NCBI GenBank assembly: GCA_039683575.1
Contig: JBDKRC010000238.1
Span: 1-30,463 of the forward strand
Length of the DNA: 30,463 bases
From: Armatimonadia bacterium
Lineage (GTDB): Bacteria > Armatimonadota > Zipacnadia > Zipacnadales > UBA11051
Direction: 5' to 3'
Below are positions 1 to 8,000 of the stretch, one piece after another. The position numbers were made by a program, and so were the translations under genes. How positions within the stretch are numbered: the stretch's first letter is position 1; every line of letters begins with the position of its first letter. The notes below the pieces were generated by a model. It searched no databases. It worked only from the letters and a program-made list of their open reading frames with translations, and was not told the origin of the DNA.

Positions 1-1
1 G

Positions 2-844
2 GGCTTTGAACTGCGTCACGTGCTCGGAGACTGCACGTACGATCTCGGCGCCAGCGCCGGCGCGAGTTGGCGCCTCGTGGACTACCAGCAGCCGCCCGGT
101 CTTGCGCACGGACTGCACAATCGTCTCTACGTCGAGCGGGACGAGGGTGCGCGGGTCAATGACTTCGACATTGATCTGGCCGGCTACGGCTTCCGCAGCT
201 TCGAGAGCCTTGACCAGGGCATAGGAGTAGGCCACGAGGGTGAGGTGAGTGCCCTGTCGCCGCACCGCGGCCTGACCGAGTGGCACGGTTAGCTCGCCCT
301 CGGGCACCTCCCCCGTCAGCGGGTGCAACAGCCGGTGCTGGATGAACACGACGGGGCCGTCATCACGAATAGCGCTCGTGAGCAGGCCCTTGGCAGCGTA
401 GGGCGTCGCTGGCATGACGACCTTCAGGCCGGGCGTGTGCATGAACCAGGCTTCGAGACTCTGGCTGTGGTGGCCGCCCTCCCTGGTGCCGCCGCCCGCA
501 GGGGTCTTGATGACCATCGGCGCATTGAACTGGCCACCGGACATGAGGTTGAGCTTTGCCGCCTGATTACAGATGAGGTCCATGCAGCAGGTGACAAAGT
601 CGCAGTACATGATCTCCACGACCGGCCGCAGGCCAGCGGCAGCGGCACCCACGGCGAGGCCGGTGAACCCCGCCTCGGAGATGGGCGTTTGCCACACACG
701 GCGCTCTTTGAACTGCGCGTAGAGGTCCTCGCCGGGCTCGCGCACCGGGCCGATGTCTTCACCGATGAGGAATACCCGCTCGTCGCGCTCCATCTCCTCG
801 CGCAAGGCTTCAGCGACTGCGGCCGCGTAGGTGATCTCCCGCAT
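2..844 (-). CDS. TPP-dependent 2-oxoacid/acetoin dehydrogenase E1 beta subunit (3' end runs off the window)
   Basis: Not in the ORF track; translated by hand from ATG at 844 (AAGGAG RBS at 851-856). Reads MREITYAAAVAEALREEMERDERVFLIGEDIG...TPISEAGFTGLAVGAAAAGLRPVVEIMYCDF...GHHSQSLEAWFMHTPGLKVVMP, which are classic E1-beta motifs. Lies directly downstream of E1 alpha. Confidence 0.93.
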   Translation of the reverse strand, partial: MREITYAAAVAEALREEMERDERVFLIGEDIGPVREPGEDLYAQFKERRVWQTPISEAGFTGLAVGAAAAGLRPVVEIMYCDFVTCCMDLICNQAAKLNLMSGGQFNAPMVIKTPAGGGTREGGHHSQSLEAWFMHTPGLKVVMPATPYAAKGLLTSAIRDDGPVVFIQHRLLHPLTGEVPEGELTVPLGQAAVRRQGTHLTLVAYSYALVKALEAAEAVAGQINVEVIDPRTLVPLDVETIVQSVRKTGRLLVVHEAPTRAGAGAEIVRAVSEHVTQFKA

Positions 845-891
845 CTTCTTCTCCTTAGACTTCTTCTTCTCGAATCACGTTCGCCTTGCGC

Positions 892-1932
892 CTAATTCAA
901 GAATTCCTGCAGCATGTCGGGGGTGGGCAACGGGCTGTTTACGGCGAAATGCTCGGCGGCGTCGATCTCGGCGATGACATCGGCTTCCAGGCGCTGGCGG
1001 TCGTCCTCGGCCAGAAGGCCTTCAGCTTCGAGCTTCTGCGCCAGTAGCGTGATCGGGTCGCGCTGCTGCCAACGCGCGCATTCCTCAGGGAAAGCATGTT
1101 CGGCCACTGAGCCGCAGTGTCCCCTGAATCGGTAGGTTTTGGCTTCGATGAAGGTCGGGCCATCGCCGGCGCGAGCGCGCTCGACGGCAGCTTGTGCAAC
1201 TTCGTGCACCGCCAGCACGTCCTGGCCGTCTACAATATGAGCCGGCATCGCGAAGCCTTCAGCGCGCGGGGCGATGTCTGCAGTGGGGAAAGCGATACGC
1301 GCCGGGGTAGTGGCGGCGTAGAGGTTGTTCTCGCACACGAACAGTACCGGCAGCTTCCACGTGGAAGCGAGGTTCATGGATTCGTACAGAGTGCCCTCAT
1401 TCGTTGCCCCGTCACCGAAGAAAGCTACGGAGACGCCGTCCTCGCCGCGGTATTTGGCGGCGAAGGCCGGCCCCAGGGCCAGCGGGATCTGCCCGCCGAT
1501 GATGCCGTTGCCGCCGAGGAAGCCACAGTCGGGCTGATACAGGTGCATGGACCCGCCACAGCCGCGGCAGACGCCGCCACTGCGGCCCATCAGTTCGGCG
1601 AGTGCGCCCATGACGTTGCCGCCCTTGGCGAGGAAGTGACCATGGTCGCGGTGGGAACTCGTGACGTAATCGGTCTTGCGCAGGGCCGTGCATACTCCGA
1701 CGCCTACCGCTTCCTCGCCAATGTACAGGTGCACGGCGCCGCCAATCATGCCGCTGGCAGCGAAGTCGTACATGGTGCTGGTCAGCAGGTCGGCGGTCTG
1801 GCGCTTTTCGGACTCATTGGTGTCCTGGGCGAAGAAGCCGCGGTAGTCGTAGAACTTGCGAAGGCGCTCCTCGAAGTGGCGAATGCGGTACATTCGCCGG
1901 AGCATGTCGATCTGGAGTTGGGCCTCGGGCAT
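892..1932 (-). CDS. TPP-dependent 2-oxoacid/acetoin dehydrogenase E1 alpha subunit (346 aa)
   Basis: C-terminal part of ORF 892..2721; start reassigned to ATG 1932 (GGAGGAG RBS at 1939-1945). Motifs HLYIGEEA, SSHRDHGH, GGSMH, TPP-binding GDGATNEG...ENN, and TYRFRGH. Confidence 0.93.
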   Translation of the reverse strand: MPEAQLQIDMLRRMYRIRHFEERLRKFYDYRGFFAQDTNESEKRQTADLLTSTMYDFAASGMIGGAVHLYIGEEAVGVGVCTALRKTDYVTSSHRDHGHFLAKGGNVMGALAELMGRSGGVCRGCGGSMHLYQPDCGFLGGNGIIGGQIPLALGPAFAAKYRGEDGVSVAFFGDGATNEGTLYESMNLASTWKLPVLFVCENNLYAATTPARIAFPTADIAPRAEGFAMPAHIVDGQDVLAVHEVAQAAVERARAGDGPTFIEAKTYRFRGHCGSVAEHAFPEECARWQQRDPITLLAQKLEAEGLLAEDDRQRLEADVIAEIDAAEHFAVNSPLPTPDMLQEFLN

Positions 1933-2073
1933 CTTCCGCTCCTCCGGCGCCTGCCGTGCGGGCGCCATAGTGGTGGTGAATGCTTCGCCGCCACATCCCT
2001 GAAGCCCTCCCTGTACCAGAACGGGAAGGAGTCGCCGAGAGTGAAGCGGAAACGGTTGCCGAGGTGAGCTGAA

Positions 2074-2574
2074 TTGCATGTGATCAAACCCTGTAACTCC
2101 TACGCCGCACGGCCGTCTGGCACGAGCGTCTATCGCAACGGCAAGTCCGTCTTCAAGGTATACTATGTTGACATCTACGGGCGTGAGCAGCCCGAACGGT
2201 TCGAGTGGGACCGTTGTGGCCGCGGTCGCGATAGTGTGCTGGAGGGACTGGCGAAGGTTAACGTCGAGGGGATAGGCGCCGTTGCTGCTTTCCCGCACAT
2301 CACCAAGGTGTTCCGCTTCGCTCCCACTGCCGAGACGATCATGCATGTACGCGGGTACTGGACGCCGGACTTCACGGAGGTGGACCTGCAGCGCGAGGAG
2401 GGCTTCATCGAGTTCGCGTGCTATGCCGAGGCCATCATCGCGGCGGATGAATACCGTTTCTGGGCTGAGACCGAGACCGTTGAGCAGTATCTGGAGCGCT
2501 GGTCGGAGTGGAGTGACGCGCCAGTGCTGAATTGCCGCAAAATGGCACTTTACTTTGGGGACAATAATATGTAA
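2074..2574 (+). CDS. hypothetical protein (166 aa)
   Basis: GAGGTG RBS at 2061-2066 before a TTG start. Protein-like aromatic/acidic composition; fills the gap upstream of rubrerythrin on the same strand. No family recognised. Confidence 0.7.
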   Translation: MHVIKPCNSYAARPSGTSVYRNGKSVFKVYYVDIYGREQPERFEWDRCGRGRDSVLEGLAKVNVEGIGAVAAFPHITKVFRFAPTAETIMHVRGYWTPDFTEVDLQREEGFIEFACYAEAIIAADEYRFWAETETVEQYLERWSEWSDAPVLNCRKMALYFGDNNM

Positions 2575-2651
2575 CGTAGCTACCGATGAAGCAGGAGCTT
2601 CATCGTCTTGTGTGGAATAGGACGTGTATAACCGCGTTGAGGAGGATGCAG

Positions 2652-3227
2652 ATGGCAAGTCTAAAGGGCTCACAGACTGAAAAGAACCTGCTGGCATCAT
2701 TCGCAGGGGAGTCGCAGGCACGCAATCGCTATACGTATTTCGCGAGTGTGGCCAAGAAAGAGGGTTTCGAGCAGATCAGCGCGATCTTCGGCGACACGGC
2801 GGACAACGAGAAGGAGCATGCGAAGGTCTTCTTCAAGTACCTCGAGGGTGGCATGGTGGAGATCACCGCGCCGTACCCTGCCGGAGTCATCGGCGAGACG
2901 CTGGCCAATCTGAAGGCGGCTGCCGAAGGCGAGAAGGCGGAGTGGGGCACCATTTACCCCGGTTTCGCCAACGTGGCCAAAGAGGAAGGGTTCAAGGATA
3001 TCTTCAACTCGTTCTCGCAGATCGCCGCGGTCGAGAAGGAGCATGAGCAGAGGTATAACATACTGGCCGAGCGCGTGGCAGCCGGCCAGGTATTCGCACG
3101 CCCCGAGCCGATCAAGTGGCACTGCCGCAACTGCGGAAGGGTCATTGAGGCGAAGGAGGCGCCGAAGATGTGCCCCGCGTGTCAGCACGTGCAGGCCTAC
3201 TTCGAGCCATTCGCCGAGAACTATTGA
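2652..3227 (+). CDS. rbr: rubrerythrin (191 aa)
   Basis: MASLKGSQTEKNLLASFAGESQARNRY, di-iron ExxH motifs (EKEH twice), and a C-terminal rubredoxin-like CRNC...CPAC. AGGAGG RBS at 2640-2645. Confidence 0.96.
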   Translation: MASLKGSQTEKNLLASFAGESQARNRYTYFASVAKKEGFEQISAIFGDTADNEKEHAKVFFKYLEGGMVEITAPYPAGVIGETLANLKAAAEGEKAEWGTIYPGFANVAKEEGFKDIFNSFSQIAAVEKEHEQRYNILAERVAAGQVFARPEPIKWHCRNCGRVIEAKEAPKMCPACQHVQAYFEPFAENY

Positions 3228-3248
3228 TCGCAACTGCAGTGAGATGGC

Positions 3249-3283
3249 AAACGGCCCGACATCTGTCGGGCCGTTTTGTTTTT
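3249..3283 (+). terminator. Rho-independent terminator after rubrerythrin; possibly bidirectional between convergent genes
   Basis: 12-bp perfect stem AAACGGCCCGAC-atct-GTCGGGCCGTTT followed by TGTTTTT. The minus-strand reading also ends in a short T run. Confidence 0.85.
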
Positions 3284-3301
3284 GTGTCGAGCTGCGATAG
3301 C

Positions 3302-4456
3302 CTATCTGGGTTTGAGGCAGTAGACCTTCCCATCCTGCGCGCCCACGTAGACCCGCCCTCCCGACAGCGCGGGTGACGAGAACATCTTCCCGCCAAGTGG
3401 CAGCGTCTGCGCGACGGTGCCATCGGAAGCATTGACCATGTAGAAGTTGCCGTCGTGGTTGCCGAACAGCAAGTACTGGCCCGAGAGCAGAGGCGAGGAG
3501 TCGGCGACACCCCCGAGGCGGCGTTTCCATACCTCCTGGCCATCAGCCAGCCGGTGCGCAAGCAGCTCGGTATCCGAGAGGTAGCCGCTCACAATGGCGA
3601 AGTACACAGACTCGCCGTCGGTGACAGGGGTGTGCATCACGGACGAACCCTTCACGAGCGACCAGAGCTCCGTGCCATTCAGCCGGTCCACAACCAACAC
3701 GCATTTCGTCGGTGGTGGCGACAGCGCGGTCCCGGACATTACCGGGACGATCAGCTTGTCGCCAGCCAGGAGCGGGGCCGCAACGATACCGCCGCTCACT
3801 TTGCTGCTCCAGGAGAGCTTGCCGTCGGCACACGATCGGGCGATGAGGTTGCCGCTTTCGTCTCCGTAGTACACCAAGCCCCCGGAAGCCGCCGCGGCCG
3901 CGCTGATTGGCCCCTGATCCCTCGCCCGCCATACCTCAGTTCCGTCAGCCGCCCGCACGCAGCGGAAGCTCCCATCCATGCTGCCGAAGTATACGAAGCC
4001 CTCAAGGTACAGCGGCGAGGCTACGACCGGCTGCCGCGTCCGCACGCGCCAGAGCTGCTTACCCGTCTGGGCATCGTACCCATACAGGCAGCGGTCGCTG
4101 GAGCCTACGAAGACCTTCCCCTCCGCCACGGCGGGCGAAGACGTTACCGCGCCGCCCGTTTGCGCCTCCCACTGCTTCTCGCCCGTCTCCGCTGCCAGAC
4201 AGACCACTTTGCCGAGTGCGGTTCCAACATAGACGCGCCCCTGCACAACAGCGGGTGAGGCGTCCACACTCTCCGGGTCTACCGTGGTGGCCCAGGCAAC
4301 CTCCAGCGTGGGCCCCAACTGAGGCTCAGCGGACACGCCACTTCTAGCCGCATCGCGATGCAGCGTCGGCCAATCCTCGGCGCTCACCTCAACGGAGAGC
4401 GCGCAGGCCGTCGCGGCCAGCAGCAGGGCCATGACAAAGGGGCGATTGACACGCAT
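3302..4456 (-). CDS. secreted PQQ-like (BamB-like) beta-propeller repeat protein
   Basis: Signal peptide MRVNRPFVMALLLAATACALSVEVSA, then DWPTLHRDAARSG. Repeated blades of the form SSPAV...VFVGSxD...Y.YDA.TG...W. GGAG RBS at 4464-4467. Confidence 0.9.
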   Translation of the reverse strand: MRVNRPFVMALLLAATACALSVEVSAEDWPTLHRDAARSGVSAEPQLGPTLEVAWATTVDPESVDASPAVVQGRVYVGTALGKVVCLAAETGEKQWEAQTGGAVTSSPAVAEGKVFVGSSDRCLYGYDAQTGKQLWRVRTRQPVVASPLYLEGFVYFGSMDGSFRCVRAADGTEVWRARDQGPISAAAAASGGLVYYGDESGNLIARSCADGKLSWSSKVSGGIVAAPLLAGDKLIVPVMSGTALSPPPTKCVLVVDRLNGTELWSLVKGSSVMHTPVTDGESVYFAIVSGYLSDTELLAHRLADGQEVWKRRLGGVADSSPLLSGQYLLFGNHDGNFYMVNASDGTVAQTLPLGGKMFSSPALSGGRVYVGAQDGKVYCLKPR

Positions 4457-4473
4457 AGTGTTACTCCGGATAA

Positions 4474-4506
4474 AGGAAGCGCCGCCCGGAAGAGCGGCGC
4501 TTACCT
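4474..4506 (-). terminator. GC-rich hairpin between lipoprotein and beta-propeller genes (weak terminator or stability stem)
   Basis: AAGCGCCGC-N8-GCGGCGCTT stem; on the minus strand it is followed by CCTTTAT, an interrupted U tract. Confidence 0.5.
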
Positions 4507-4526
4507 GCGCAACAACTCATGCTTTG

Positions 4527-4946
4527 CTAGGCGGGGTCGGGGGGCACTTCGGCGCTGTCAATCATCAGGATGGTGCCCATGGGGGTCGTGTCGTTGGCAA
4601 GGACAGTAACGTCCGGGATATCGACCCCAGGCGGCAGAACGAGGTCTGTCAGATCAGGAGCGGTGACCTGCACTTCGTAGGTGCCAACGGGAATTCGTTG
4701 AATCACAAAGTCGCCGCTTGCGCTACTGGTTCCGGAAAAGCTCGTGCCGCCGCCGATCAGAGTGATGGTAATTCCACCCTGTCCGACCGTGGTCTGAGTC
4801 TCAGCATTGTACGCCACGACGCGCCCTTGCACGCTGCCACGCTGCACTCCACCACCGTTATCGCCGCCACCGCCGCCGCAACCGCTTAGGAGCAGAGCGG
4901 CCATGAGGACGGTAAGCATTACCAGAACCAGTGTTCTCATCGACAT
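4527..4946 (-). CDS. lipoprotein with a carboxypeptidase-regulatory-like (transthyretin-like) domain
   Basis: Lipobox LLSG|C followed by a Gly-rich linker. Domain pattern GSVQGRVV...GITITL...TSSASGDFVIQRIPVGTYEVQV. GAGGTG RBS at 4954-4959. Confidence 0.85.
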   Translation of the reverse strand: MSMRTLVLVMLTVLMAALLLSGCGGGGGDNGGGVQRGSVQGRVVAYNAETQTTVGQGGITITLIGGGTSFSGTSSASGDFVIQRIPVGTYEVQVTAPDLTDLVLPPGVDIPDVTVLANDTTPMGTILMIDSAEVPPDPA

Positions 4947-4985
4947 CCGTATTCACCTCGTTAGAGCATCTCTGACTTCAGATCA

Positions 4986-5016
4986 GGGGCTCCGGACTCA
5001 CCGGAGCCCCCTTTTG
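4986..5016. terminator. strong hairpin just after the stop of the giant gene; U tract only on the + strand
   Basis: GGGGCTCCGG-actca-CCGGAGCCCC, a perfect 10-bp stem followed by CTTTT on +. The minus (coding) strand has no U tract after the stem. Confidence 0.6.
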
Positions 5017-5018
5017 TA

Positions 5019-8000
5019 CTATCGTCCGACCCGAACCTGCGTCAGCCCGCGCACCTGCTGACCATTATCGGCCGCCGCGTCAATCTGCAGGAGATACGTT
5101 CCTGTGGGCACGCGCGTCCCGTTGTCGGAGGTCAGGTTCCACAGTTGCGTCTGCACGCCCGCAGTGACGGCCTGGTTGGCGCTCAGCGTCCGCACGCAGC
5201 GTCCCGCGATATTCAGGACGCGGATGGAGACGTCGCAGGCCTTGGACACGTTGTACGTGAGCACCACGTTGTTGTTGCGTGCCGCAGCACAGCTTGCGGT
5301 GACCACAAGCGTACCGACATTCCGCGGGCTTACGACCAGCTCAAACTCGCGGACGGTCGTGGCGCCAGTGCTGTGGTAGGTGTAGCCCTGCATCGTCCGG
5401 GCGTAGATGGACTTGCCGGTCAGCTTGTCCACCAGCGTGACCTGCTGATCCTTCGGCACGCGGCTCAGGTCAGGCAGCGTGACGGTGACATCGGTATCCG
5501 GAACGGCGCAGGCGACGCTGAAGGCGAAGGTTTGCGCGCCGTTGTCGGAACGGATGTCATGCGCCAGCCGGGCTCCCGCAGTGTTGGTGAAGTACACGTC
5601 CACTGTGTTCGGCGCGGTCGGCGGGTTCTCTATGACATGGGCCTCGCCACTGCCCGGCACGACGCCGGCGACAGAGCTGAGGTCGGCGCGGTTGCCCGCG
5701 CGAGCGATGATCGGGATGGTCCAGCCACCATTGAGGTTGGCTTGCTGCGGAGTCATGCTCTCATCTGCCGCCAAGCCTGCACCGGCTGCGACGGTGACGG
5801 AGACGCTGCTGCCAACCGCTCGTACCCACGCGCCTTCCCAACCGAGCAGCGAGTCGCGTTCCGCACCAACCGTCCCGGCCGCCGCAACCATTTTGTAGCT
5901 TCCGGTTGCGTTGTCGTACACGAAGGCGAAGGGGCGCATGGCATCAACAGGCGCAGCGACGAACTTGCTGAACTTCAGCGGTGTAGACAGCGGGTTCGCG
6001 ATCATGTTCCAACCCTCGGACAGACCGATGCTGACGCTCCGGCTCGTATCCGTGGGTGTGCCAGCGACGCTTAGGGTCGTCGTCTGGCCGAAGGAAACAA
6101 AGTAACCGCGTCCCGGGCGAACCTGGAGGAAGGCCGCATCCGGATCATTCTGGGCGACCAGGTACTGTGCCGGTTGACCGTCCGGATTCCAGCGATAGAC
6201 CTGTCCGGTGCCGAACACCTCCATGGGGTTCGTATCCACCGGCGTACCGGGCACGCCGATCAGGTTCGTCCCCTGCGGGAAAGTGCTGCTCATCTCAACG
6301 TAGGCGGTGAAGTTCTGCCCCGTCGCGTTGTCGGTGAGCGTGATGGACAGCGTCTCTGGCCGCATAGCGTATCCGAGCTTGCTGGCCTTCACGTCATACG
6401 CACCGGCACGCAGGCCGGTTAGCCGGTACATGCCGGCGGTATTGGTTACCGTGGTCTTGTCGCCAGCGCTGATCTGCACGCCGGAGAGAAGATTGCCGCC
6501 CACGTCGGAGACCGTGCCCTCGATGTAGAAGGTCTTGGCCACCGCGGCGAAGTCGACGTTGGTCAGGCTCGCGCCGGCGATTTCGGCAGCCCGACTCGGC
6601 GGCTGGAATTGGTAGTTCGCCAACGACGGCGTGACGGTGTACTGCCCGTTGGGCAGCCCGTCGATCCGATAGTTGCCGTTGGCGTCGGTGGTGCCAGTGT
6701 GACCGTCACACGTCACGGTTACACCCGCCAGCGGCGTGTCGCCCTCGAGTATGCGACCCGAGAGGCTATAGGTTATGAGCGTACCGATGAAGTCCATGCT
6801 TGCGTCATCGGGGCCAACGTTGACGATATCGGTGACACCGCCAACGGTGGCGAAGGTGTACTGGTCGCGGGTCGGGACAACCTTGTACTGGCCCGCTACC
6901 AGACCGGTGATCCGGTAACCGCCCGTGCCGTCGGTGGTGGCCGACTGGCTACCAGCCTTGACCGACACGCCAGGGATGGCCTTGCGAGCCGCGTCCACGA
7001 TAACACCGGAGACGATGTACGTCGGCTCAGCCATGGTCGTGAACGAGTAGTTGTACGTGGTCTGGTTGCCGACGTTGTCCTCAACGTACACCCGCACCGG
7101 GACGACTACGCCGTACGGCATGTCCGCGGGCGGATTGTACGTGACTTCGAGCATCGACACGACCGCCTGGTTCTTCGGCGTCAGATCCAGACTTGCAGAC
7201 GGGATCTCCTGGTTGTTCACCCACATGCGCAGGGTATTGACCACTACACCCGCCTGCGTGTCACTGAGCCGGACGACAATGTCGCTCTCAATGGGTACGT
7301 CTGTGGCGCCATCTGTCGGCGAGACGGCTTCAACGGCGACATTGCCTGCGTCACGCGGAGTGCTGAACTGCCACGTGACCGGACCGGAGGTGTTGCCCGC
7401 CACATCGTAGACCGTCGTGGTTACGGTGTAGGTTTTGCTGTACTGCAGGTCCGCAGGCGGATCGTAGGTGACCAGCAGATCGTTGGCGTCGGTACCCAGC
7501 GTGAGCTTGTCGGACACGTTCACGCCGTCGAACAAGACCTCGATGCGATTGCGGTTGATGCCAGACTTAGCGTCGATGGCATGGAAGGTGAGGTTGGTAC
7601 CGATCGGAACGTTTGTGGCGTCCGGCGTCGGTGACTGCTGTTGTATCTCTGGCGCATCGGTATCTACCACGGTACCGAAGGTCCAGTCGTTGACCAGCAG
7701 TTGGTTGCCGTCATAGTCCTTGACGTCGATCTCTACAGTGATCGTGGCATTCCACTCGAACCTGTACACCGGCTGCACTGTCACCTGTAGGCGATACCGG
7801 GTGCCCCCGAAGACGGGCGCGCGGTGCTTGACGACATTGCCGTTCTGCTTGAGCGTAACCACCAGAGTACCCGAGTCCACTCCTACGCCCGGGTCATCGA
7901 GGAAGAAGCCGACGGTGCTGTCCCTCGCCACCTCGGTGGCGCCGCGGGCAGGGCTTTCGCCACTGATCGAGGGCTTGGTGATGTCACGCGTTCTAACTGG

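Noticed and set aside
323-2067. + strand ORFs 323..895 and 1117..2067
   Set aside because: Antisense to the clearly recognisable E1 beta and alpha genes.
1933-2073. TPP riboswitch upstream of E1 alpha
   Set aside because: Small hairpins are present (1946-1966, 1971-1993), but the conserved CUGAGA and CCUGA..AGGGA elements are not.
1933-2721. N-terminal extension of the 609-aa E1 alpha ORF, suggesting a fusion
   Set aside because: It overlaps two better + strand genes; the strong RBS and family homology begin at 1932.
3302-4456. Calling the propeller bamB or a PQQ dehydrogenase
   Set aside because: No convincing lipobox or bam/der gene context, and it is too short with no catalytic features of quinoprotein dehydrogenases.
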